Source of the DNA: Clostridia bacterium
Lineage (GTDB): Bacteria; Bacillota; Clostridia; TANB77; CAG-508
Reading direction: 5' to 3'
Length of the DNA: 64,000 nucleotides
NCBI GenBank assembly: GCA_022794615.1
Contig: JAAWFD010000006.1
Span: 1,837 to 65,836 of the forward strand
Part shown: in pieces, positions 28,710 to 36,963 of the stretch
Position numbering within the stretch: the stretch's first letter is position 1
Layout: each line of letters opens with the position of its first letter
Translations under genes and position numbers: made by a program
Notes under the pieces: model-generated
Database searches by the model: none
What the model was told of the DNA's origin: nothing
The model's input: the letters and a program-made list of their open reading frames with translations, nothing else

Positions 28710-29162
28710 TTATTTAACAAGTTCATTACTATCAAAAACAATTGTTACAGGTCCATCATTTACTAAACTAACATCCATTTTAGCACCAAAAATACCAGTT
28801 TGAACATTAAGACCTTCAGCTTTGCACTTATTAATAATATATTCGTACAATTCATTTGCATAATCAGGTTTTGCAGCATTTGTAAAGCTAGGTCTATTGC
28901 CATGTGTACAATCTGCATATAAAGTAAATTGAGAAACAAGAAGAAGAGAGCCATTAACATCTTTTAAACTTAAATTCATTTTATCTTGTTCATCAGTAAA
29001 CACACGCAAAGACAATAATTTTTTAATCAAGACATCTGCAATCTCACGGTTGTCTGTATGTGTTATTCCTATTAAAACTATAAAACCCAAATCAATAGAA
29101 CCAACCGTTTTATTCTCTACATTAACACTTGCTGAAGAAACTCTTTGTATTACAAATTTCAT
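28710..29162 (-). CDS. dtd: D-aminoacyl-tRNA deacylase
   Basis: MKFVIQRVSSASV, SQFTLYAD and GPVTI are present. Confidence 0.93.
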   Translation of the reverse strand: MKFVIQRVSSASVNVENKTVGSIDLGFIVLIGITHTDNREIADVLIKKLLSLRVFTDEQDKMNLSLKDVNGSLLLVSQFTLYADCTHGNRPSFTNAAKPDYANELYEYIINKCKAEGLNVQTGIFGAKMDVSLVNDGPVTIVFDSNELVK

Positions 29163-29222
29163 AATTTACCTCCATATTGTAAATATTATGAAGGAAAAAT
29201 AGTAGTTTGTCAACATGTAGAA

Positions 29223-30812
29223 TTAATTCCCAACATTAATGATTTGAGTTAAAGGAGAGTAAGTATCAGTAGAAACCAAAGTTTCAGAAATTAAACAATC
29301 ATCTAATTTAACAATTTTATAAGTATTAATTTTATATCCATATGAGCCTTTTTGTTTGATTACACGAGAATTGTAAGATAGAGAAGAATCATAAATGTAT
29401 TTGGTTTCAAAAGGAATTGTATAAATTTGTTTAGTAACAAGAGATATATCATATTCTACATCCTCATACATACCGATAATAGAAATCGAAACAACACCTC
29501 TTTTAGCAGAAGCTTGTATTTTAATAGGATAGTTTCTAGTATTTTTAAATTTAAAATCTATGCTACCATAAGCAACAGTAGCATCGCAACCTAAAGGGAC
29601 ATATGAAACAGAATATCTATGGTTTTTCCTTTCAACTATATCTAAATTAGCTTGTATAACAGCATTATATAAGGTAGAAGAAACTTGGCAAACTCCTCCG
29701 CCTATACCATGCTCAATACCATTACTAGTATAAACAGTAGCTTCTTTATAACCAGCAGAAATACTTCTTTCTCCAACAATTTTATTATACGAAAAAACTT
29801 CGCCAGGGAGTACAATAACATTATTTAGCTTGTTAGTTGCAATTTCAAGATTGTGACTACGATTGATATTACTTGTATTATAACGAGTATTATATGTAGA
29901 AAGAGTATCAACAAAAATATCTTTATCCAAATCATTAATAGTAATATCAGCAATAGTAATATTTAAGGGAATTACATATTCCTTACAATCAGTTTGTAAT
30001 AAAGATTTAGCTTCATCTAAAGAAATGGCAAAATCTACACCATCAACATTCATATGAAAAATGAGATTTTCTTTGTCTATATAAGCATTTTGAGGCTCAG
30101 TATGTATTTCACTATAAATCTTATCAATATCTATATTGCATGGAGAAGAAGGTTTAACAGGAATGTTAAGCTCAACAATATCATTAGAAGAAGTGTTAAT
30201 ATCACAAATACTATTTAAAATTGAAGTTTTAAGTTCATCATTACACAATCTAATATTACCAGAGCCATTACAAATTATCAAAGCATCATTTTCTATATAA
30301 TAACTAGGCTCCACTACAGCGCCTGGAAGTTCAATACCTATGTTATTAATGATATGATTTAATTTTTCTTCACTATAAGAGTATTTAATAGGAATATTAC
30401 GAGAACTAATAATTGAAGAGATTATATTAAAACTATTTGTAAAGATGTTACTACTTCTGCCAATTGAGTAAGCTTCTTGAATTGTAGAATCAATATCAAA
30501 ACAAAAATCAATTTCTGATGGTAATATAGTAATATCATAATCTTCATAAGTTAAATGAAGCGGTTTAGAGTTAGTTAATTTAGATGAGACTTTTTCTTTA
30601 GCTTCATCGATTGACATATTTGAGACATTAATATCATTAATATAAATTCTAGAAAATATATTAGAATTATTCATACAAAATATTGTAAGAACTATATAAG
30701 AAAATATAAAAATACATAGTAATACAATAAATATTTTTTTCTTTTTAATTAAATGTTTTTGAGATGTAATTTTATTATTTTTGATTAAAGTCATTTTTGT
30801 ATCATCTAACAT
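29223..30812 (-). CDS. VanW-family protein with an N-terminal membrane anchor
   Basis: A TM segment is followed by the VanW core GGGVCQVSSTLYNA. Confidence 0.85.
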   Translation of the reverse strand: MLDDTKMTLIKNNKITSQKHLIKKKKIFIVLLCIFIFSYIVLTIFCMNNSNIFSRIYINDINVSNMSIDEAKEKVSSKLTNSKPLHLTYEDYDITILPSEIDFCFDIDSTIQEAYSIGRSSNIFTNSFNIISSIISSRNIPIKYSYSEEKLNHIINNIGIELPGAVVEPSYYIENDALIICNGSGNIRLCNDELKTSILNSICDINTSSNDIVELNIPVKPSSPCNIDIDKIYSEIHTEPQNAYIDKENLIFHMNVDGVDFAISLDEAKSLLQTDCKEYVIPLNITIADITINDLDKDIFVDTLSTYNTRYNTSNINRSHNLEIATNKLNNVIVLPGEVFSYNKIVGERSISAGYKEATVYTSNGIEHGIGGGVCQVSSTLYNAVIQANLDIVERKNHRYSVSYVPLGCDATVAYGSIDFKFKNTRNYPIKIQASAKRGVVSISIIGMYEDVEYDISLVTKQIYTIPFETKYIYDSSLSYNSRVIKQKGSYGYKINTYKIVKLDDCLISETLVSTDTYSPLTQIINVGN

Positions 30813-30871
30813 AGCAAACCTCCATTATTTCTAATATATAATATGTTAAATATACAATAAATATTTTAGGA

Positions 30872-30946
30872 GTTACAGTTCAGGTTAAAATTATATAGTC
30901 CTGTTTAACCGCGATACGACTTAAAATACCATTACTGAACTGTAAC
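30872..30946. mobile_element. MITE-like element, short copy, with perfect 12-bp TIRs and an 8-bp target-site duplication
   Basis: GTTACAGTTCAG (30872-30883) and CTGAACTGTAAC (30935-30946) are exact inverted repeats. TTTTAGGA flanks both sides, at 30864-30871 and 30947-30954. Confidence 0.7.
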
Positions 30947-31050
30947 TTTTAGGATAATATGTCTGAAAGAAATTTGTTAAAACGATTGCACATACTAGGA
31001 AATTTATGCTAGAATATAATAACAAATAAATAAAAGAAGAAAGGAAAAAT

Positions 31051-31725
31051 ATGAAAAGAACAAAATTAAAAGATAGAATATTACCAACTTATTCAAAAGG
31101 GGAAGAAATATTTAATATGGTATCACATATAGTAGGAGGAGGAATAGGGGTAATAGCACTAGTATTATGCATAATCTTTGCAGTAGTGCATAAAAATGTA
31201 TATGGAGTAGTTTCGAGTGTAATTTTTGGAATAACAATTATATTATTATATACAATGTCAAGTATATATCATGGTTTAAACTCAGAACTAAAAGCAAAAA
31301 AAGTATTTCAGGTAATTGACCATTGCTCAATATTCTTATTAATTGCAGGATCATATACACCATTTGCATTATGTACATTAAGAGAATATAATGTAGCTCT
31401 TGGATGGAGCATATTTGGAATAGTATGGGGATTAGCAATATTAGGAATAGTATTAAACTCAATAGATTTAAAGAAATATAAAGTATTTTCAATGGTATGT
31501 TATTTACTAATGGGATGGTGTATTATAATAAAAGCATCAGTATTACCAGAACTATTAGGTACAGCAGGATTTATATTATTATTATCAGGGGGAATAGTAT
31601 ATACAATAGGAGCAATATTATATGGAGTAGGTAAAAAACACAAATGGATGCATTCTATATTCCATTTAGCTTGTGTATTAGGAAGTATATTACACTTTTT
31701 ATGCGTGGTAATGTATGTAGTATAA
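31051..31725 (+). CDS. Hemolysin III / PAQR-family membrane protein
   Basis: It has seven TM segments. The conserved S-x3-H (SSIYHG), DHCSIF and HxxxH-type C-terminus (HSIFHLACVLGSILH) are present. Confidence 0.88.
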   Translation: MKRTKLKDRILPTYSKGEEIFNMVSHIVGGGIGVIALVLCIIFAVVHKNVYGVVSSVIFGITIILLYTMSSIYHGLNSELKAKKVFQVIDHCSIFLLIAGSYTPFALCTLREYNVALGWSIFGIVWGLAILGIVLNSIDLKKYKVFSMVCYLLMGWCIIIKASVLPELLGTAGFILLLSGGIVYTIGAILYGVGKKHKWMHSIFHLACVLGSILHFLCVVMYVV

Positions 31726-31770
31726 GTAAAATAATTAATATTCCTGAAAAAAGAAAGGAAGAAATCAAAA

Positions 31771-32412
31771 ATGAAGGTTATTTTAGTAAATGGTAGTCCT
31801 CATAAGGAAGGATGTACATATACAGCATTAAGCGAAGTGCAAAAAACTTTAGAAGAAGATAAGATACAAACAGAAATGATGTGGCTTGGAACGAAAGCAA
31901 TAGCAGGATGTATAGGCTGTAACCAATGTTTAAAACAAAATGAAGAACAAAGAATAAGTAATAGATGTTTTATAGATGATAAGGTAAATGAATTTTTAGA
32001 TAAGGTTGAAGAAGCTGATGGATTTGTATTTGGAACGCCAGTACATTTTGCAGGAGCAAGTGGGCAAATAACATCATTTTTAGATAGGGTATTTTACGGA
32101 AGAGGAAATATGTTTTCTAATAAGGTATGTGCTAGTATAGTAAGTTGTCGTAGAGGAGGCGCAACTGCCGCATTTGACCAAATGAATAAATATGCACTGA
32201 TGAGTAATATGTATGTAGTTGGCTCAAATTATTGGAATCAAGTTCATGGAACATGCCAAGAGGAAGTTAAACAAGATTTAGAAGGAATTCAAACTATGCA
32301 AAATCTAGCAAAAAATATGGTATATATTTTAAAATGTATTAAAGCTGGAGAAAGTTTAGGTATTGAAAAACCAAAGTATGATAGAAAGATAAAAACAAAT
32401 TTTATAAGATAA
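31771..32412 (+). CDS. Flavodoxin-like NAD(P)H-dependent FMN reductase / iron-sulfur flavoprotein family
   Basis: MKVILVNGSPHKEGCTY, a Cys cluster (CIGCNQC) and FGTPVHFAGASGQ are present. Confidence 0.8.
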   Translation: MKVILVNGSPHKEGCTYTALSEVQKTLEEDKIQTEMMWLGTKAIAGCIGCNQCLKQNEEQRISNRCFIDDKVNEFLDKVEEADGFVFGTPVHFAGASGQITSFLDRVFYGRGNMFSNKVCASIVSCRRGGATAAFDQMNKYALMSNMYVVGSNYWNQVHGTCQEEVKQDLEGIQTMQNLAKNMVYILKCIKAGESLGIEKPKYDRKIKTNFIR

Positions 32413-32439
32413 GTAGTATATATAAAGTGTGAATTTTAG

Positions 32440-32487
32440 AATAAACTCAAGTTATTAGACAAAGTAGTTTAATAATTTGAGTTTATT
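32440..32487 (+). terminator. Terminator hairpin
   Basis: AATAAACTCAA ... TTGAGTTTATT, followed by TCATTTT. Confidence 0.5.
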
Positions 32488-32598
32488 TCATTTTGTGAAA
32501 AATCTTTTTATAAAAATAATCAAATTTTTAATAATAGGCATAATATAAATAAGAAAAATACTATGTACTGAATTTTTTAAAGGAGGAGAAGCCTAAAA

Positions 32599-33573
32599 AT
32601 GAATATTACTAATATAATAGGAAACACTCCAATGATAAAAATAAATTATAGATATAACAGAAATATAAAACATGTATATGCAAAACTAGAATATTATAAT
32701 TTAACAGGAAGTATCAAAGACAGGGTTGCATTATATATAGTTAATAATGCACAAAGAAATGGAATTTTAAAAAGGGATATGCCAATAATAGAAGCAACAA
32801 GTGGAAACACAGGAATATCGCTATCAGCTATAGGGGCATATTACAAACATCCAGTATATATTTTTATGCCAGATTGGGTAAGTAAAGAAAGAATAGAAAT
32901 AATGAAATCATATAATGCAAGAGTAACATTAATATCAAGAGAAGAAGGAGGATTTATAAAATGTGTGCAAGAATCAAAAAGACTTGCTAAGATGACAAAT
33001 GGATTTTTAACAAATCAATTTTCAAATACAGATAATTACAAAGCACATTTTGAAACTACAGGAGAAGAAATAATAAATCAGCTTCCAGAGGATATAGGAG
33101 GGTTTGTATCAGGCGTAGGTACTGGAGGAACATTAATGGGAGCAGGAGCAAAGATAAAAAGCAAATACCAAAATGCTGTTATTACAGCAATAGAGCCTGA
33201 TAAAATGCCAATAATATCAACAGGTAAAATAATATCACAACATAAAATAGAGGGAATAGGTGATGACTTCATTCCAGATTTAATTGATAAAGAAAAAATA
33301 GATAAAATATTTTTAGTTAATGATGATGATGCAATAAATATGTCTAGAAGACTTTCAAAAGAATTAGGTTTAGGCGTAGGGATATCATCAGGAGCAAATC
33401 TAATAGGGAGTATATTGCTAAATGAATATACTAGAAAACCATCAGTAACAGTATTTGCAGATGATAATAAAAAATATTTAAGTACAGATTTATCAAAAGA
33501 GATTGACTATAATAAAAAATTCGTTTCAAATCAGATAAAATTAATAAATTATGAATTAGTAAAAAGTTTTTAA
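32599..33573 (+). CDS. cysK: PLP-dependent cysteine synthase family protein
   Basis: The PLP-lysine motif NLTGSIKDR, SGNTGISLS and GVGTGGTLMG are present. Confidence 0.85.
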   Translation: MNITNIIGNTPMIKINYRYNRNIKHVYAKLEYYNLTGSIKDRVALYIVNNAQRNGILKRDMPIIEATSGNTGISLSAIGAYYKHPVYIFMPDWVSKERIEIMKSYNARVTLISREEGGFIKCVQESKRLAKMTNGFLTNQFSNTDNYKAHFETTGEEIINQLPEDIGGFVSGVGTGGTLMGAGAKIKSKYQNAVITAIEPDKMPIISTGKIISQHKIEGIGDDFIPDLIDKEKIDKIFLVNDDDAINMSRRLSKELGLGVGISSGANLIGSILLNEYTRKPSVTVFADDNKKYLSTDLSKEIDYNKKFVSNQIKLINYELVKSF

Positions 33574-33632
33574 ATATCGAATACATTTTTAATATAATGA
33601 GAATACTATCATCAAAGGGAAAGGTGATAAGT

Positions 33633-34073
33633 ATGGAAAATAATCAAGAGATGAATGTATTAGATGAAGTTAATAAAGGTGCAACAATGGGGATGGACGC
33701 AATAAGTTTTATTATACCAAAAGTTAAAGATGATAAGTTTAAAAACACATTAAATTGGGAATATAACAAATATAAAGATGTATCTAAAAGAGCAAATGAA
33801 TTATATGATAATTATACAACAAGTAAAGAGCCTCATAAAACAAATGCAATGAATAAGATGATGACTTGGTATGGAGTACAAATGAATACAATAGAAGATA
33901 AAAGTAATTCAAAAATTTCAGAATTATTAATGCAAGGTACTAATATGGGGATAATTGAAGGAAGAAGATTATTAAATCATAATCAAAATATAGATAAAGA
34001 TATAAAAATATTACTAGATGATTTTGTGAAAATGCAAGAAGATAGTATAGAAACATTAAAAACTTATTTGTAA
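33633..34073 (+). CDS. Hypothetical helical protein (possibly a four-helix bundle)
   Basis: ATG 33633 is preceded by GGGAAAGGTG. Composition is ordinary. I have no confident family assignment. Confidence 0.6.
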   Translation: MENNQEMNVLDEVNKGATMGMDAISFIIPKVKDDKFKNTLNWEYNKYKDVSKRANELYDNYTTSKEPHKTNAMNKMMTWYGVQMNTIEDKSNSKISELLMQGTNMGIIEGRRLLNHNQNIDKDIKILLDDFVKMQEDSIETLKTYL

Positions 34074-34333
34074 TTTAGAATAAAAATAAGACCTACATAA
34101 TAATAGGTCAATATAATACAGTATAACATAGTTATTATAAAAAAGCAAATAATAAAAAGTAATTAAAAAATAGATAAAGTGTGAAAAAATAAGATAAATT
34201 AGAAAAAAATCAATTAGATTTGAGTTAAAAGAATATTTATAATTTGAAAAAAGAATGTGTGTATGTTAATATATATTTACATCAAGAGAGAACAAGTATA
34301 AATATAGAATAATTAAATAATAATATAAATAAA

Positions 34334-34533
34334 GTATCCCTGCATAGTGCGTAAAGACATAGAATTTTTAGAACCAACAAGTATAGGAAGGGGACCGATT
34401 TCTGAATATGGCGTGCAAGCTTACACCTTAGGGTAGTAAGAAGCCCATGAGTATTTAGGTAGGTACCAACTGTTTTTCGGAACAGGTCCTTAAAAATTCG
34501 TACAGCTGACGGCTAAGGCGGGGTTACTTTTTT
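34334..34533 (+). ncRNA. Candidate structured small RNA, 6S-like rod (tentative)
   Basis: This is a GC-enriched island with no ORF. A closing helix pairs GUAUCCCUGC (34334-34343) with GGCGGGGUUAC (34515-34525). A second helix pairs GAAUUUUUAGAACC with GGUCCUUAAAAAUUC. There is an internal hairpin CUGUU-UUUCGG-AACAG, and a U-run follows at 34526-34533. Confidence 0.4.
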
Positions 34534-34536
34534 GCA

Positions 34537-34563
34537 TAAAAAAAGACTAGCCATAGACTAATC
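34537..34563 (-). terminator. rpsT terminator
   Basis: The minus strand reads GAUUAGUC-UAU-GGCUAGUC, then U7 (8 bp, including two G-U pairs). Confidence 0.5.
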
Positions 34564-34833
34564 TTATTTTGCTATTACAGCATTTAGTTTTTTTGCTAAA
34601 TTTGATTTTTTTCTAGCTGCTGTATTTTTTACTATAACACCTTTTGTGCAAGCTTGATCTATTTTTTTAGTAGCTTCTGAGAATAAAGCTTTAGCTTCTT
34701 CAACATTACCAGCTTCTACAGATTGTTCAAACTTTTTAACAGCAGATTTATAACCTGTTTTTATCATATTATTTCTTAAAGTTTTTTTCTTAATAATCTC
34801 AACTCTCTTTTTTGCAGATTTGATATTTGGCAT
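34564..34833 (-). CDS. rpsT: 30S ribosomal protein S20
   Basis: MPNIKSAKKRVEIIKKKTLRN is preceded by AGAGGAGGTG. The ORF-track start at 34929 is an upstream extension. Confidence 0.95.
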   Translation of the reverse strand: MPNIKSAKKRVEIIKKKTLRNNMIKTGYKSAVKKFEQSVEAGNVEEAKALFSEATKKIDQACTKGVIVKNTAARKKSNLAKKLNAVIAK

Positions 34834-34875
34834 ATTAGCACCTCCTCTAAAGTAAAATAAACTATAACGTTTAAT

Positions 34876-34904
34876 ATTATAACATACAAAAAAATAATTT
34901 GCAA
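34876..34904 (-). promoter_or_regulatory. rpsT promoter
   Basis: On the minus strand: TTGCAA, 17 nt, then TATAAT. Confidence 0.5.
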
Positions 34905-34944
34905 GACTAAAACGCAAGAGAATTGGCAATTTTTTTGAAAAAAG

Positions 34945-34972
34945 ATTGACAAAATCCTAAAATATAGTATAA
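34945..34972 (+). promoter_or_regulatory. Near-consensus sigma-A promoter
   Basis: TTGACA (34945-34950), 16 nt, then TATAAT (34967-34972). Confidence 0.55.
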
Positions 34973-35001
34973 TTAATATGTAGCAAAAAGGAGAAACAAG
35001 T

Positions 35002-35175
35002 ATGTTAGCAAAATATTGGAAAAAAATAGGAATATTTATTTTAATAGTAGCTTGTATATTTAATATAATGATGAAACTAGTTCAAAAAGTATCAATAAAT
35101 ACAGAGCTAGATGAATCAATAGAATATATGAAGGAGCAACATAAAGAAGAAGTAGATATAAACAATAAAAAGTAA
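35002..35175 (+). CDS. Small membrane protein (57 aa), absent from the supplied ORF track
   Basis: AAAAGGAGAAACAAGT-ATG, then MLAKYWKKIGIFILIVACIFNIMMKLVQKVSINTELDESIEYMKEQHKEEVDINNKK, ending at TAA 35173-35175. It has one TM segment. Confidence 0.55.
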   Translation: MLAKYWKKIGIFILIVACIFNIMMKLVQKVSINTELDESIEYMKEQHKEEVDINNKK

Positions 35176-35256
35176 AATAATACTTGAAAAATAGTAGAAA
35201 ATATGTTAATATATCATGTGGAAAAAATAGTTAATAGATAGAAAGAGGTGACTTAA

Positions 35257-35457
35257 ATGAAAGATGGAATACATCCAGGATACAATCAAACAACAATAAC
35301 ATGTGCATGTGGAAATGTTATTGAAGTAGGATCAACAAAGGAAAATTTGAAAGTAGACGTATGTTCAAAATGTCATCCATACTGGACAAAGAGTTTAAAA
35401 TTAGAAAAAACAGGTGGAAGAGCAGAACAATTCAAGAAAAAATACGGTATTGCATAA
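35257..35457 (+). CDS. rpmE: 50S ribosomal protein L31 (Zn-ribbon type)
   Basis: MKDGIHPGY is present, with Cys pairs CAC ... CSKC. The RBS is AAGAGGTG. Confidence 0.95.
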   Translation: MKDGIHPGYNQTTITCACGNVIEVGSTKENLKVDVCSKCHPYWTKSLKLEKTGGRAEQFKKKYGIA

Positions 35458-35462
35458 AAAGA

Positions 35463-35510
35463 AAGTAGCTAAGGTGAACACTCAACTATCACCACAAGCT
35501 ACCTTTTTTG
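35463..35510 (+). terminator. rpmE terminator
   Basis: GTAGCT...AGCTAC, with an inner GGTGA/TCACC pairing, then TTTTTTG. Confidence 0.55.
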
Positions 35511-35543
35511 TTTTAATAAATAAGAAAAAAGAGAGGAATTCAA

Positions 35544-36197
35544 ATGAAAAAGAAAATCATTATAATATCAACAATATTAATAATAGTAATAATATGTATA
35601 ATATCAGTAATAGTATATATATCGAGTAGACCATCTGACAGGCTAAAAAAAATGTATGACAAAATGACAAGTGACGACACATATATATTTACAAGAAGTA
35701 GCCAAAATGGGGAAAATAAAATCGTTACAACAAAAAAAGGAGACAAAACAAGAATAGATATGTACAATTCAGGAGACTATACAACAACATTGATAAAAAA
35801 TGGAAATACATATTTAATATCACATGAAAATAAAGAATATTATACATATACAGATAATAAGATAGATGAAGAGATTCTCACAGAAGAAATAAAAAGAATA
35901 ATTGATAAAGAATATAAAGTTGGAAAAGAAAAAATATATGGGCAAACATATTATTATGAAGAATATAATGGAATAACAGATTTCTTAATAGAATCATATA
36001 AAGATATGGACTTAAACACAGCAAAAACAAGGTTTTATTTCAAAGGTAAAGATTTGCAATTTATAAAAACTATATATCAAACAGTAGATTCTCAGACAGG
36101 TAAAATTACTAATATAGAAGAATTATTAAAAGCTAATGTTGAATATAAAGTAGAAGATAATGTTTTTGAAATTCCATCAGATTATGCCGAAAACTAA
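35544..36197 (+). CDS. Hypothetical membrane-anchored or secreted protein
   Basis: It has an N-terminal signal/anchor (KKKIIIISTILIIVIICIISVIV) followed by a beta-rich Tyr/Thr-rich domain. The RBS is AGAGAGGAA. Confidence 0.75.
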   Translation: MKKKIIIISTILIIVIICIISVIVYISSRPSDRLKKMYDKMTSDDTYIFTRSSQNGENKIVTTKKGDKTRIDMYNSGDYTTTLIKNGNTYLISHENKEYYTYTDNKIDEEILTEEIKRIIDKEYKVGKEKIYGQTYYYEEYNGITDFLIESYKDMDLNTAKTRFYFKGKDLQFIKTIYQTVDSQTGKITNIEELLKANVEYKVEDNVFEIPSDYAEN

Positions 36198-36202
36198 AAT
36201 AA

Positions 36203-36232
36203 AAATGTCAAAAATTTGTTTGACATTTTTTT
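36203..36232 (+). terminator. Terminator whose right arm doubles as the lexA -35
   Basis: AAATGTCAAA-AATTTG-TTTGACATTT plus a T-run. The TTGACA within it is followed, 17 nt later, by TATTAT. Confidence 0.65.
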
Positions 36233-36275
36233 GTTTGTATGATATTATAGACATATCAAAAAAGGAGGAATATAA

Positions 36276-36926
36276 ATGGGAAGAAAAACATCAGAATTAA
36301 ATAAAAGAGAAAAATCAATACTAAATTTCATAGAAAAACAAATAATGACAGATGGATATCCACCATCAGTAAGAGAAATAGGAAAAGCAGTAGGATTAAA
36401 CTCAACAGCAACAGTACATGGTTATTTAGCTAAATTAGAAGAAAAAGGATATATAAAAAAAGAAAATAAAAAAGGAAGAACACTAAAATTATTAAAAGGT
36501 GGCTCAGGAGAGCCAATGATAAAATCAAGCAAAGATTTCTATACACAAAAAGAATTAGTAGAAGTACCGATAGTAGGAAAAATAACAGCAGGAGCGCCAA
36601 TATTAGCGGTAGAAAATGTAACAGATACATTCCCAATACCAATAGATTTTGTAGGAAACTCAGAAAGTTTTATGCTAAAAGTAAGAGGAGAAAGCATGAT
36701 AGAAGCGGGAATACTAGATGGAGACTTAATACTTGTAAAAAAACAAAATGATGCAAGAAACGGAGAAATAGTAGTAGCATTAATAGAAGATGAAGCAACA
36801 GTAAAAACATTTTACAAAGAACAAGACCATATAAGATTACAACCAGAGAATTCTACTATGGACCCAATAATAGTACCAAACTGCGAAATATTAGGAAAAG
36901 TAGCAGGAGTATTTAGAAAGATGTAA
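36276..36926 (+). CDS. lexA: LexA repressor
   Basis: A winged-helix N-terminus ([15 protein letters not shown]), the cleavage region VGKITAGAP and the S24 peptidase motifs RGESM ... LVKK are present. Confidence 0.93.
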   Translation: MGRKTSELNKREKSILNFIEKQIMTDGYPPSVREIGKAVGLNSTATVHGYLAKLEEKGYIKKENKKGRTLKLLKGGSGEPMIKSSKDFYTQKELVEVPIVGKITAGAPILAVENVTDTFPIPIDFVGNSESFMLKVRGESMIEAGILDGDLILVKKQNDARNGEIVVALIEDEATVKTFYKEQDHIRLQPENSTMDPIIVPNCEILGKVAGVFRKM

Positions 36927-36930
36927 AAAT

Positions 36931-36963
36931 AAAATGGGAAAATTAAGATTTTTCCCATTTTTT
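36931..36963. terminator. Bidirectional terminator overlapping the 3-prime end of the germination gene
   Basis: AAAATGGGAAAA-TTAAGA-TTTTTCCCATTTT. Confidence 0.6.

Noticed and set aside
34334-34533. Alternative identities for the structured RNA: SRP RNA, tmRNA, RNase P RNA, tRNA or a riboswitch.
   Set aside because: It has no GGAAGCAGCC-type SRP helix 8 motif. It has no tRNA-like CCA end or tag ORF. It has no GAGGAAAGUCC RNase P core and no T-loop GTTCGAATC. No downstream plus-strand gene exists for a riboswitch to control.
35414-35629. A 71-aa ORF overlapping the rpmE 3-prime end, its terminator and the start of the next gene.
   Set aside because: It has no RBS, runs through a terminator hairpin and has an Asn-rich low-complexity tail. 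Better-supported genes occupy both ends.
36198-36275. A LexA/SOS box upstream of lexA.
   Set aside because: I could not find a GAAC-N4-GTTC type palindrome in the lexA promoter region. No operator is claimed.
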